Shown here piece after piece: positions 1-12,565 of a stretch of 64,000 bases of DNA. Position 1 is the stretch's first letter. Every line of letters starts with the position of its first letter. The stretch is from assembly GCA_963514005.1 (NCBI GenBank), contig OY740798.1, positions 11,532,001 through 11,596,000 of the forward strand, read 5' to 3'. Source of the DNA: Raja brachyura. Lineage: Eukaryota. The notes below the pieces were generated by a model. It was not told the origin of the DNA. It ran no database searches and saw nothing but the letters and a program-made list of their open reading frames with translations. Both the position numbers and the translations under genes were made by a program.

Positions 1-200
1 CTGGTAAGTTTTCAAAATAATCAGAAGAACTCCTAAGTTAGAGAATAAATATTTCTGGTGTTTGTGGCATCCATAGACAAAATCTTTAAAAAAAAATTAG
101 AGCCAAGCCATTCAATAGACAGCTTAGAAAATTCTTCAATATGCGATAACGATAGTTAAAATCTGGAAATTCTTCTATAATGGGCAGTTGATATCAGGTC

Positions 201-485
201 ATAGTATTATAAGATTGTATTGCACAGAAAAGGGTTATTTAGCCCATCACATCCATTCTAACCTTTTAGCCCATCTACACAAATCCTATTGACCCACATT
301 AGGTCTATATCCTTCAGTACTGTATCTATTTAAATGCCTATTTAAAGTTCTCTTGAACATAATGAATATGACTTCACCACCAACTCTGGCAGTGAGTTCC
401 AGATATCAACCACACTCCGTGTAAATAAAAACCACAAAACTACAAATCTTCTTTAAAACTCCTTTCTCTCACTTTAAATCAATGC
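201..485 (-). mobile_element. CR1 LINE 3' end (decayed)
   Basis: Reverse of the CR1 end (ctctggcagtgagttccagatatcaaccacactccgtgtaaa). Confidence 0.7.
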
Positions 486-641
486 TACCACTCCAAGGAA
501 CAAAACCCACCCTCTCACTTGTTGGATTAAATTCATCCCCCAACACTCCACCCAGCCTTCTATCTTATCTATATTCTGATACAGCCTTGGATAGATTGGT
601 CTAGCTTTCCCTGTAATAAAGAAGGCCGAGGGGGGGGGGGT

Positions 642-1024
642 GATCTGATAAAGGCATATAAAATCATAAAAGGTATAGAGAGAGTAAAAAGCCAGAACTA
701 GGGCAGAGGAATCAAGAACTGGGGGGGGGGGGGGGGACATGTTTAAGGTGAGAAGAAAGACCTGTAAAGGAAGATCTAAAGGGTACATTTTTCACACTGA
801 AGTTGGTGAACATCAGGAACAAGCTTTCAGAGGTGGAGGTGGAAACGAATACAATCCGTTTAAGAAACATTTAATCAGGCACTTAAATAGGCATGGATTC
901 AGACCAAAAGAAAGATATAGCTAATACAGGTACTTGGGATTAGTGTAGAAGTGTAGAAAGATTGGCATGAACACGGTGGTCTGAAGGGCTAGTTTCTGTG
1001 TTGTACAAATCTATGACTCTGACT
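642..1024 (+). mobile_element. CR1 LINE 3' end
   Basis: DLI..YKII.G.....GH.FKVR...F pattern, ending gaagggctagtttctgtgttgtacaaatctatgactct. Confidence 0.75.
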
Positions 1025-2893
1025 TTTCTGTCTGACAATGGCATTGCAGCAATGGAAATGCTGGCTGACATGGCAAGTGGGTCTTTCCCACCCCCCGTGT
1101 GTCTCCAGGCAACAAAGGCTGGCAATATGATGACCAAGTAACCATGCCACTCCTCAGCTGGATAATTGGATTTAGAGTAAATTGTTATGAGGTCTATGTC
1201 TCTGCAAGAGCTGCCAGCCTTGAACTGTAACTCATTCAAAATTCACTCCTGATACTACTTCAAATGCTGCTTTTGTTCTTGCACCATTTAACATAATTAT
1301 GTATTAAAATGGCACACCACTTTTTCATAAAGAATATTCTAGGTATAATTAATTGTGAAAGTTATAAATCTAGACTTTACAGATTGTTTTAATTTATTGT
1401 TTTAAAAAAAAGTGTTTTCCCCTGCTATTCAATGCCATGCAGTTTTACTGTTAGTTGTTTGACCCTACATCATTCTTAAGGTACCTGTGTAGTTATCTGT
1501 TTGCAGACATATGGAAACACATACACTCCACAATGCTGCAGTGTTAACGGCATTGTGCAGTGTGACATTTCTACAGTGCAGATTAAACCAAGAAGGCAAG
1601 GTAAATCTGAAAGTTAAATGGGATTTAACTAAACCACACAACTGCATTGTGTCAGTTAGAAAGTCAAGAATACTAACACATGGTAATGGATTCAAAGTTT
1701 TTTTTGTCTGGAGGTAGTAGATTGTATATACAAGCATTGCCTGCCCATGTGAATCCTCACAAATAGTTGTTGTGTTGGAAGAAAAAAAGACTATTTGACA
1801 TGCATGTAATACTTTGGCAACAAGCCGCTGCAAGTCTAAAACCCTGCCAACTGTCATTATCCTTCTGGTAAATTCAGTTCTTATAAACTGTGTGATAGCA
1901 TAGGACTGCATAGTTCCCATTGAACCAAAGCTTGTCTGAGTAGCAGCATTTTCCACTCTTGAATGGGACTGTTGGCCTCATGGGGATTTGTGTCTTAGAA
2001 TGTGGTAAGTGATTAGATTGTCCCACATTTTAAAATGATCCACTGTTCTGCTGCTGCTGAAAGACATTTTCTACTCTTCCCAGCCAGCTTTGTCAAAGCA
2101 GTGGATTATCTCTGTGGTTTTCTTTGTCATATGTATTCTAACCTAATGTCAATTTACTCAAGACCTGCAATATATAAGAAAACACTGTCCCTCTTTATGT
2201 TTCTATAATTTAAAAATCACATTGTTAGAATTTTAAAAAGTTATTAATTTTTGCCCGAATTGCCTTAGCATCGTTGGGATAAACAAGAATTAATTCATCA
2301 GTTTTCTTTAACTGAAGCATATATAAAATAACAGTGTCAGCACTGTTAAGGGAATCTGAACTAACACTGCAAAATCTTGTAAAATTAGTTCATGGGGATC
2401 CTTTGCATCACTGAGACAAGTATAGTTTTTTAATTCTATTTAAAATGTGGTTCCAAATGACTTGGCAATCCTAGTGAACTAACACAAAATCTTCTTATGC
2501 CTTATACTTTTGCTTTATTTTGTTTTTAAATGGACTGATGCATCTGTCAGAATCCCAAATGAGTGAAAGATGTGCCCGTGAACCATAAAGTACCAGTTAT
2601 AAAATAAAGAAGAGCTATTTGTTCCACCAACTCACATCCAAGTGTCACATAGTCAATCCTATTCTTGCGATTTATCCATATTCTTCCTTATTACTTTTCA
2701 AGTAGTTATGTAATTAACCTTTTGATTTACATACTCTGATTGGCAAATGCAGATATAGCGAATATCACAATCTATCACGTGCAATAATTTTCTTTTAACT
2801 TTGCATATTGCTTTTGAATATCTTAAATATATGATCGCTCACTAATTAATGTTTATTGTTCGTTACTATTTTCTCTCAGACAGTGTTCTTAAA

Positions 2894-2936
2894 CTTTTTC
2901 AGTTCATCCCTTAACCTTTTTCAGTTCATCCCTTAA
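2894..2936. repeat. Short tandem duplication
   Basis: ctttttcagttcatcccttaa occurs twice, adjacent. Confidence 0.85.
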
Positions 2937-3021
2937 ACATTGCTAATGGTAATTTCTCAGCTGAAGTGAAGTCCTATATGCCAATGCCATTGACCCAAAT
3001 AAATAAGTCTGAGATAATTCT

Positions 3022-3605
3022 TTTTTTTTTAAATATTTATTTTATTAGAAGCAATTGTACAAGGAGAAAGTAATCGATATAACAATTATACAATTTTCGT
3101 ACTGCTTCAATTTTAACATTTTATAAACTAATGACTAAATTGGGAAAAAGGAAAAAAGGGAAAGAAAGAAGAAAATAAATAGAAAAGAAAGAATTTCAAA
3201 AAAAACACATAAAAGAAAAGAGAGAAACCCCAGAACTAATGAAGAAGTGAAAGAAACGGAGATATATCCCTCTACCCTTCCCTGCGTCCGCTCATCCGAC
3301 CCTAGCGTCAGTTTTGAGTTTGTGTTCAACCATTATGCTGTTGAAGAAACTCAATAAAAGGAGAACATATCTTGGAAAATTGATCTGGTTTGTCAGTCAA
3401 GACAAGCCTTATTTTTTCTAGATGTAGTGTCTCGGTCATTTCTGTGATCCACATCTTCACTGTGGGGACTGTTATCTTTTTCCAGAATTTAAGTATAAGT
3501 TTTTTCACAGTTATTAAACCATAGTTAAGGAAGGGTCTTTGAGATATCGTTAAATTAGGGCAGCCCTCTGACATTCCTAATATTATTAATTTTGAATCTG
3601 ACTCC
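3022..3605 (-). mobile_element. 5'-truncated L1-clade LINE (ORF2 C-terminus, 3'UTR, polyA)
   Basis: 17-bp TSD aagtctgagataattct (3005-3021 and 3606-3622), with a T-run at 3021-3030. Peptide LITVKKLILKFWKK...WITEMTETLHLEKIR...F.KI.SPF is typical of fish-type L1 ORF2 ends. Confidence 0.88.
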
Positions 3606-4382
3606 AAGTCTGAGATAATTCTGAACAATCTAACAATATTTTCTAGGGAATATCCATTGGCATAGTGATTTATCAGTGCCTGCAGAAACACAACTGATGG
3701 ACCTATCTGTAGCTCTAGAGCCATTGCATTTAACATTATAGGATGCAACTTACAAACTGGAACCATGTGGTTGTGGAGGAGAGAGATTCTGGTAGTTGGG
3801 GATCAGGTTATTGAATCAGGGTGAGAGGATGTCACATCAGAGGACTGAACTCGGGGAGGATTCACATTAACAGTACAGAACTGAGAGGAATGTTGATGGT
3901 CTGCTATTCAGTACAATTAGGGGTATGTTGGGAGCTTGAGAAGAACAGGCAATTAAATAAATGGCAAGATTCACCTGACTATAGTCCCTAAAGCTGGTCT
4001 GGGATCTGTTCAGTGAACCCCCCTTTAAAATCATAATGCTATGAAATCAATTATTTCAAAAATAATCTTTCACAGAAAATGATGTTGTTGGTGTGTGGCT
4101 GATATGTGGTCTGCTTATCCACACAAGTGAGTTTCATCATTGTAATTTCTCTGGTGGACTTCTATAGTGGTGTGCTATAGTCTTCAAAAATTCACAGCTA
4201 TGGTCCACTGTGGATAAGAATAATTTTCATGTGTATGGTATTGATAATTCTTGATGCTTTGAAGTGTTGCAATCAACATTGCATTTTTTGAAATGATACA
4301 TTCCTAACAAAGGCTGGAATGTTAGTTTGTAAAGTTTATGCTACTTGTGAGAAATTGTGCCACCAGTACACATTGGGAAATT

Positions 4383-4506
4383 AGGGTCTCGACCTGAAAC
4401 GTCACCTATTCCTTTTCCTCAGAGATGCTGTCTGACCTGCTGAGTTGCTCTGGCTTTTTGTGTCAATCCTCGGTTTAAACCAACATCAGCAGTTTGTTCC
4501 AACACA
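4383..4506 (+). mobile_element. Penelope-derived mini-element
   Basis: agggtctcgacctgaaacgtcacctattcc...gatgctgtctgacctgctgagtt. Confidence 0.75.
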
Positions 4507-4628
4507 CAATTCATTTCTGCACATATCTTCCATTCTGGGGATAAGGTAGAGAAAAAAATAAAATTCTGTTTGTTTTGTAATTATGAAACCAAGAGTTAAA
4601 ACACTTTACTGTCTCTCTTTGTATTTAG

Positions 4629-4871
4629 AAAATGTAGATCGCCATATAAAATGGGAAACCGTATGCGTATGCAAAGTGGAAAACCATCTTTCCGATCTAC
4701 AGTTGGATTTCATACTTGCTCACAGAGCAGAAGAGCAAGATTTCAAAGCTCATTTGAAAGCTGCAGCAAGGTTTCAGCCTGTAAAAGCAATATTTCAACT
4801 CATAAAATGAAATGCAGACTTCGACTTCCAAGGATCAAAAGATGCTTGAGTGCTCCCCCTGGAACAATTAG
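4629..4871 (+). CDS. dcdc1: dcdc1 coding exon (N-terminal region, ...KCRSPYKMGNR...KRCLSAPPGTIR), phase 2-2
   Basis: Acceptor ctctctttgtatttag|A (AG 4627-4628) and donor AG|gtaatt (GT 4872). Open frame of 243 nt. Its end KRCLSAPPGTIR resembles the RPVSAPVGQLR motif recalled from mammalian DCDC1. Terminal AG plus the first G of the next exon gives Arg in frame. ATG at 4651 is in strong Kozak context (aaaATGG). Confidence 0.75.
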
Positions 4872-6019
4872 GTAATTACATCCAGGAAGTTAATCTAATG
4901 TTTCAAAATTACTTGGGAAAAATTGAACATTTTTGGTAGTATTGGCTGAATGAAAAATGTTGGCAGATGAATTTAAATGCTGTTGCCCAAGTAATTAATT
5001 ATCTGTAAAATATTTGTTATACTTATCCAATCTATTTTTCAGGCAGTTACTAGCAAAATCATATTATTACAGACTGACTTATTTTCTTGCCTGCTAACCT
5101 GGAAGGATCAAGACTTGTGATTGGGGCAGTGGGGAGAGCTTGAAATGAAAGCTTTTCACTATACCTCAATACACGTGACAATAAATTAAACTCAAACTCA
5201 AATGATCGGGAACTGGAGGATTGAGGGAGAGGGGAAATGCTGGAATTCGGCAACATTTATGATGATAGCTGGATGTTGCTTTCAGTGGTTTGCTCAAATA
5301 ACTGGGTTTTTTAGGGCATGTCTGGCTGACAGTAGGATGGAAATATTTCAAGAGCGTGGATTATGCACAATAATAGGAGGTTGTACAGAAATTGCTTTGC
5401 CCATTCATTTCAAATGAGCAAGGTATTTAGGCAAGTATGTTATTTCCTTAAACTGTATGTTTTGAAATATTTAAGTAATTATAAGTGATAAATTTATTAC
5501 ATTTTTTTTACCACTTTGAATAGTTTTAATAGTTGTTAATTGGTTTAATGTATTTATGAATGTTTTTCTATGTCAGAAGCATTCACTTTGAAGTTTCCAT
5601 CTAAGTCAGGAGATATGGCTTAAAAGCAGAACATGCTGGAAACACTCAGCAGGTCAAGAGGTGCAGCTTAAATGGTTGTCATTATGTTTAAAGATTGGCG
5701 TTATTGTGGTTGCCTCATGTGATCCTGTTACATCATTGCATCAGGCCAGCTTCCCCCCAGCTAATTCCTGCTGGGACGATCATCCAAGTAAATAATGGAT
5801 TTATTTTTGAAATTTGGTCATTTCTGCTGCTGTTTGCGGGGACTTTACTGTTAATAAAAATTACATCTATGCCCTCTCGAAGAAAACGATTCCACCATCT
5901 ATCCATTTTACGCCTCTTATTATTTTATATACCTCTTTCAGGTTACCACTATCCCCCTCTGCAGTAAAAACCATCCCAACCTACCCCCTCTCTCTCTCTA
6001 TATATATATATAACTAACA

Positions 6020-6565
6020 TTCTCCAAACTAGGCAACATCCTGGTGAATTTCATCTTGTCACTCCAGCACCAATCATATTCATCCAATATTGAGGCGCTC
6101 AGAATTGCATACATTACGCTGCACGTGCGGTCTAATCAGTCTTTTGTAAAGTTGCAACATTATCACCCAACTTTTATTTCTATGCCCCGACCTGTGAAGG
6201 CAATTTTGCCATATATCTTTGTCACATTGACCTGGTTTCCTATGATCGGGTAACAATGAATTTGAACTCAAAGGATCCTCAGCACATCAGCATTTCTTCA
6301 TCCTCTATTATTTATTGTATCTGTCTTATCCCTTTTTGATTTCCCGAAACTACATCTGCTCACTCTTGTCAGAATTAACTTGCAACAGTCAATGCTTCAC
6401 CCAACTTTCCTCATTATCCACAACACCATCAACTTTCAAAACATCCATAAACTTATTGATCAAACCTCCCACATTCACATCCAATTGTTAATATACATCA
6501 CAAACCATAAAGGTTGCAGCACCAAGCCTGTGGTACACCACTAGTCACAGATTTACAATCAGAAA
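6020..6565 (-). mobile_element. Decayed CR1 RT fragment
   Basis: Reverse-strand peptides SDCKSVTSGVPQ and KSWVIMLQLYKRLIRPH. Confidence 0.75.
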
Positions 6566-6850
6566 AGTACTTCTGAGCATGCACAACCAACCACACGATT
6601 TGAAAGTCAGATGGTGATACTTCTGGCTGTTCCCTCTTCTCTTGATTGTAGTGGCAGAATAGTGACTCATTGAGGAGTGGGTTGGGCACACACTGCATTT
6701 GCTTCTCACTGTTCTGTCAGGGAAAACAGGTCTAGGTACAGCTGTCCCCCTGAATAGTAGTGGAGATATCTGTTTTATGATATTTTACTTGATACTTTAA
6801 TTAATTGTTGGTATTTTTATCACATTTATTGCTTCCTTTTTTAATTAATA

Positions 6851-7003
6851 GTCATAAAGTCATACAGCAGGGAAATAGGCCGTTCGGCCTAACTTGCCCA
6901 TACCGACCAGCATGTCCCATTTACACTAGTCTCACCAACCTGCATTTGGCCCATATCCCTCTAAACTTGTCCTGTCCATGTACCTGTCTAATATGTTTTT
7001 TTT
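6851..7003 (-). mobile_element. CR1 (HER1-like) 3' tail
   Basis: gtcatacagcagggaaataggccgttcggcctaacttgccc...catttggcccatatccctctaaac. Confidence 0.75.
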
Positions 7004-7782
7004 AATTAGTTAAGTAGTTTTAATAATCATCGATGTTTATAAATTTTGACAGCCAGCGAGATGTCAAAAGCCTTCCTAGATCATATATATTGAGGAACGT
7101 TGCTTCAAGATCCACAGCCTGAAATATACTCACTGCCTGTAACCTGTTCCACATTGAGGAATGCTTATTGGATACGGTGGGTCAGCTTGTTCAGTCCTGC
7201 GCATGACGAAGAAGTAACCGTGGTTTAGACGGTGATGCCAGGCAGCAGCAAGCCTGGGCAGGACCAAGAATCTAGGCGGGCAATTTAAAGCTCCTCCCAT
7301 GCTGTTATCATTAGTTCTATTGGAAAATGAAAAAAAAAATCAGTTTGACTCTGAAGGTGCACACTGAAGGCAATGTTCTTTGTGACAGATACTAAATAAT
7401 CTTTATGCTTGATACTGAGCTGATGTCTGTACAAACATGTTAACAATTGCCCTCAGATTTTATCTCAATGGTTGATAAATTGCTGGAATTAGTTGGGATT
7501 GTCACTTTAAAATGGTTTTCTGAAATTGGCAGGCTAGATTAGCGGTGATGGGACCAAACGTGAGCATTGCTGGTCACAGCCTCACTGACTGGTAAAACAG
7601 CTTGACTGGTAAAATACCTATTAGCATACTCCCGATTTTATGTTCTTAATCACCTACATAATCTATTCAATTTTTTTCTGTTCACAGTCATGCATATGCT
7701 TAACATTTTAAATACATCACTGTTATTTTATCTTGCTTATTGTTACTTGATTCACGCACTGAATTCATTTCATTTTACACAG

Positions 7783-7942
7783 GAAGGTACATTCTTCATT
7801 TTCTTCAAGGATGCTGACAGCTCATAGAGATGGCAAACAAAAGCCACTCTTTAAACGTCAGGAGTGGATCATAAAAGTGACAGCCTTCAAGAATGGGACA
7901 CATAATAACCCTACAAAAATTGCAGTACCTAGCATCAAAATG
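7783..7942 (+). CDS. dcdc1: dcdc1 coding exon (KVHSSFSSRMLTAHRDGKQKPLFKRQEWIIKVTAFKNGTHNNPTKIAVPSIKM), start of first DCX-like domain
   Basis: Acceptor cattttacacag|G and donor ATG|gtaatg; 160 nt. IKVTAFKNG is the doublecortin-domain N-terminal motif, as in DCDC1 VIKVTAYKNG. Confidence 0.92.
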
Positions 7943-8294
7943 GTAATGGCTTATATGGAGAAATTCTTTTTAGCACTAGGTACAATAGCAGTTCTAAGAT
8001 AGATATGCCAGCTATTGCTCATGAATAATTTAATTTTTAGATATTGTATTTCTCTGCAATTTATTATTTTTCGGCTGATAATCTTTGCGAAGACTCAACA
8101 TTCCTGGGGTATTATTCACGGAGGCATCCGCAACATGTTACATTGTAGAAATTGGAACTTATAATAATTATTTTAGGAGCATAAAAGGACAGTGAAGCAC
8201 AGTTTAGAAGCTCAATGTTCTGTGCTTTAAGAACCTGCGATATATATCTGGCTCAAAATTGGGTCGAGCAATGTCAATGGAGGCAAAAGATTTG

Positions 8295-8825
8295 TGTGGA
8301 CAGGGTGGCAAAAAAAGTTTTTGGCAGGCTTGCCTACATTGGGAAGGTTATAGAGTACAAAAGCTGGGACATCATGATGCAGCTGTACAAGTCGTTGGTG
8401 TGACTCCACTTGGAGTACTGGTTGTGCAGTTCTGGTTGCCCAGCTATAGAAAGGAGGAACGTTGGAAAAGATTGGATTCACCAGGCTGTTAGCTAGACTT
8501 ATTGAAGTATATGAAAATCACGAGAGGCATGAATAAAGTGATCAAATCACCCACAATCTTTTTCCCAGGGTAGATGAGTCTAAGACTAGGAGCACGGGCT
8601 TAAGGTGAGAGGAAAGAGGGGAGAGATTTAGTTGAGATCTTAGGGGCAACTTATCACTCAGAATGTAGTACTAGCTGCCAAACAAAGCTATAAAAACGGA
8701 TACAATTCCAGCTTTCAAAAGCCATTTGGACAGATATATGGATAGGAATGTTTTAGACAGATATGGACCAAATGCAGGCAAATGGTACTAGCCCAGAATG
8801 CCTGTATAGCTCAATGACTCTATGG
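8295..8825 (+). mobile_element. CR1 LINE 3' fragment
   Basis: KK.FG.LAYIG..IEYKSWDIMMQLYKSLV...VQFW.P.YRK, followed by the typical 3'UTR. Confidence 0.82.
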
Positions 8826-9319
8826 CGAGGTGTAAGTCGCCATTTGGGGCTGATCAGGACTGGGAGGAAAATGGTAATATTGTCAATACAGGCAGCTCAT
8901 GGATTAAGAAAGCATTCCATTCGTAGTAACTGTTCATAACCTGAATTCTTTGCAAGTTGGAAATAAACAGGGTCACAGAAACAGCTATGCCATGAGAGCA
9001 AGAAGACAAGGGAAGAGTGCCCACTAGCTGGCCTTCCCGATTAAGTGAGTGAGTCTGGTTGGCACTCTCACACTCAGTAGGCAGAAGATGTCTGCAACCC
9101 CTGCAGCATCTGGCAAAAACATCCCCATGGAGACCTTTGAACAGCCAGCACAGTGGATCAAATCACTGATACCGACTGAAAATATTACCTCCACCTCAAT
9201 AGCATTCAGCTACATGGCAAGGCTCCAACCACACTGGCTAACTCCATATCACGATTCAACTCACAGTCACCAGTGAAGCTCGAGAAAGTTAGGGAACAAA
9301 AAATAGTTTAGAAATTTAT

Positions 9320-10115
9320 TGGAAAATGTTCGTGAAGTCAAAAATGTGTAGGTCGGCTTTCGTAACCCTGGGACTGGCCGTATAAAGCAGTATAAGAGGA
9401 GGGGTGAAAAAGAGGCTGGACGGTGATAGATGGGAGGAGATGGATGGATGATGGGCAGGTGGAATTAGGTGGGCAAAAGTATAGGACACAAGTGGAGAAG
9501 AAAATGAGGTGGATAGTGATGTGCATGGGAGGAGAACACAGGGGGTATCCCATTGGGTGTAAGCTACCCAAGTGGAATATGGAGTGTTGTTCCAATTTGT
9601 TTTTGGCAATTCTGCAGCAATGGAGAAATTGAAGGACTGAGAGGGTGGTGCGGGAGTGGGAAGAAGAGCTAAAATAACATCCAACCAATTTTGCAGTTTC
9701 AGGTCCTGACCTTCTCCTTCCACACACACTCACCTGTCCACTTAGTTTTCTTCTCTCTGTGTTCACCTTTTCCAATCAACTTCCACTACCTGGTTCAATC
9801 TGTTAATCATCCCCTCCCCATCCGGTTCCAACCATCACCTATCAGCCTCTGCCTGACTCCTCTTCCCCACTCAGTGTCATCTTCCCATAATCTCCTCACC
9901 ATCCAGTTCCACCTATTACCTATAAGCCTCTATTGTACAATTTCCCCTAACCTTTCATCTTGTACTTCTATATACTGGCCATCTTTTATCTTCCCCCTCA
10001 GTTCTGATGCAGGGTCTTAGCAGCTTTGGTCTCCACAAGCTTGAATTGTTGAGTTTCTCCAGCATTCTGTTTTAATGTTTCAGATTTGCATCATCTGCAG
10101 ATTATTTTGCCTTTA
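9320..10115. mobile_element. Decayed Penelope-like element: GIY-YIG C-terminus on - strand (9320-9715) with inverted 3'UTR/pLTR on + strand
   Basis: ORF 9338-9775 contains FSSSSHSRTTLSVL..LHC...KNKLEQHSIFHLGSLHPMG, matching the PLE end motif KLEEQHLIFRLG.L.P.G. Followed by gagtttctccagcattctgtttt...catctgcag. Confidence 0.7.
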
Positions 10116-11235
10116 TACAAATTTTATGCACATAGTGCTGTTTTAGCTAATTATGCTATTAAAAGGACATTAAATAACTTTGTATCTATCAATAGTTACA
10201 GCATTTGCTTAATAATATTTTCCGTGTTAAGGAGGAATATCATCAGGATTCTTTATATTCTGCTGATACAATGCAACATGGCATCAGAATCAAACGTACA
10301 ATATCCATAGATTGAATACTAAGATCATGAGAAAACTCCTGATCTTAATGGCTGTTAGATTAGTGAAATTGACACTTACCTTTCCAATGTCACATATGGG
10401 ATCAACCTGTCAGAGTTCAGCAGTAAGTTTGGTGAGTGATGATGGGGCAGATTGTGTTGGGTGGGCTGGGGCGAGGAAGAGAAATGGTTGTTTCTCCACT
10501 GCAACAATATCCTCAACTGTAATAATATGAGTAATAATTTGAAGTTCATACAATTAACCTGGCAGCATGCTGGAGTTGGGTCTAGGCATGATTCTGGAAC
10601 TCAGAATAGGAAGCCATGGAAAACATATATATTGTATATAAAATATATATATTGTAATATAAAATATATGTGTATTTCTGATATGTGTAGATTTTAAAAG
10701 TTGTTTCAGTTCACATATTATGTGTGAGTAAAGAATCTAAAAACAGTTGCTAGCAATGAACCTAACTATCATTATAATTACTGCTGTTGAACTAATATTT
10801 CAATCCATTTGGCAATTTGCTGCTGTTGATAAGATGATTCAATAAGCACTCCAGTACACTGGAAGAGACTCATGGATACACTGCAATATTAAAGACATAA
10901 CTTTACATACGCTGCATTTTCATAATCTTCCATTTTGTGTAAGGGTTAGTGGATTTTCTTTGTATTCAAAGAATTAATTAAGATTTGTGTATGGTGATAG
11001 CATTTAGTACAAAACTGCATAATTTAGTTTGTACCACATAGTAAAACTAGAACATTTGTGTAGTCATCTCTCAATCTTTTTTCTTTGAAATCAAATTATC
11101 TGATATTTGAATTTTTTTAGCACCATGTGTCAATTTTACTTTATTATGTTTCATAAGTGTTTGGCATTATTAAGAATGAAACTGGTTTAATTATTACTGA
11201 TATCGCAAATGAAAAATAATTCATTTAATTATTTA

Positions 11236-11585
11236 TAGACAATTAGACAATAGACAATAGGTGCAGGAGTAGGCCATTCGGCCCTTTGAGCCAGCACCGC
11301 CATTCAATGTGATCATGGCTGATCGTCCCCAATCAATACCCCGTTCCTGCCTTCTCCCCATATCCCTTGACTCCGCTATTTTTAATAGCCCTCTCTTGGT
11401 GTCAGGGCTATTAAAAATAAGCTTAATCTAGCTCTCTCTTGAAAGCATCCAGAGAACCTGCCTCCACCGCCCTCTGAGGCAGAGAATTCCACAGACTCAC
11501 CACTCGCTGTGAGAAAAAGTGTTTCCTCGTTTCCGTTCTAAATGGCCTACTCCTTATTCTTAAACTGTGACCCCTGGTTCTGGAC
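11236..11585 (-). mobile_element. Young CR1 3' end with (tagacaa)n tail
   Basis: tagacaatagacaataggtgcaggagtaggccattcggccc...gatcatggctgatc. Same family as 40577-40726 and 57727-58026. Confidence 0.85.
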
Positions 11586-11672
11586 TATTAAAAATAATGT
11601 TACTATAATTTCAAAACTATATTTGAAGATAATTTTATTGTATTTATGGTTGATTATTTCTTTCATTCTCAG

Positions 11673-11835
11673 TTACTGGAGGAGTGCACAATAAAACTCG
11701 ACCTAAACTCAGCTGCACGGAGAGTATTTCTTGCAAATGGCCGAGAAGCATTTGAGTCAAAGGACATTCCCCATAACGTTGACGTTTATATTTCAATTGG
11801 CGAACCGTTTATGGATCCATTTAAAAACATGAAAG
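11673..11835 (+). CDS. dcdc1: dcdc1 coding exon (LLEECTIKLDLNSAARRVFLANGREAFESKDIPHNVDVYISIGEPFMDPFKNMK)
   Basis: Acceptor ttctttcattctcag| and donor G|gtataa; 163 nt, phase 0 to 1. Close match to the DCDC1 DCX domain (LLEECT.KL.L..AARRVFLA.G...VY.S.GEPF). Confidence 0.95.
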
Positions 11836-12221
11836 GTATAATGCTCGGCATATGTGGAAAGTATTTCAGCATTGATAAAGATAACGAGAAAAGCAGTGAA
11901 CAAAGTTCTCTTTTTGGGAATGTATCTTTTATTTCGCTGAATTCCATCAGGCCCTACGTCTTTCTATTGTTTACCTGATGTTACTTCAGATCTTCCAGAT
12001 TTACATGTTCTTTCTTATCATTACGTAATATGTACAGGAAACCAAGTTTAAACCACAGGGCAAATCTCTAATTCCTCTTCTTATCAGAGGAGAACTTTGC
12101 CCATAATTTAGAGAATGACCACAAATGAGTATGATGGCTGTTATGAAATAGAATATGGAGGTACTCTGGATCTTAGTCGACAAAGGTATTGTAGAGGATA
12201 TCAAATCTGAATGCTGGATTA

Positions 12222-12565
12222 ATGTGGCACATTATGAGGAATTGTGAGAATCATATGTACACCCAATTAAACTGTGAACATGCTTTATGAAAAAAAATAC
12301 ATGTACCAACTGTGATGATGAGATTTTAGCTGTGTTTCTTTAATTCCGATTGCAGATTAACACTTTAAAAATGTTACTGACAATCATAATACTGCATGTA
12401 TGTGGCACAGTCTCAGTGAAATTGTGAGAATCATATGTACACATAACAAAAACTGTGAACATGCTTTATGAAAAAAAATACATGTACCTACCGTGGTGAT
12501 TAGTTTTTAACTGCGCTTCTTTAATTCCGATTGCAGATTAACACTTTAAAAAATGATACTGACAA
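12222..12565. repeat. Tandem duplication of a ~179-bp unit (2 copies)
   Basis: atgtggcaca...aattgtgagaatcatatgtacac...aactgtgaacatgctttatgaaaaaaaatacatgtacc...ttctttaattccgattgcagattaacactttaaaaa..tactgacaa occurs at ~12222 and ~12400. Confidence 0.9.

Noticed and set aside
629-736. G-quadruplex or regulatory G runs
   Set aside because: Homopolymer expansions at the edge of and inside a CR1 relic; run length is also error-prone in assemblies.
1507-1600. Possible exon (tttgcag|...AAG|gtaaat)
   Set aside because: The frame needed to join exon 4629 contains stops, and the peptide does not resemble DCDC1. At most a UTR exon.
1465-1956. 163-aa minus-strand ORF
   Set aside because: No recognisable domain; antisense within the dcdc1 region; consistent with chance.
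7751-7765. Pax6 paired-domain site (ttcacgcactgaatt)
   Set aside because: Only the TTCACGC half matches the consensus, and it lies in the branch-point/acceptor region.
10624-10675. AT-rich quasi-repeat (tatatattgt.atataaaatatat)
   Set aside because: Simple low-complexity slippage repeat.
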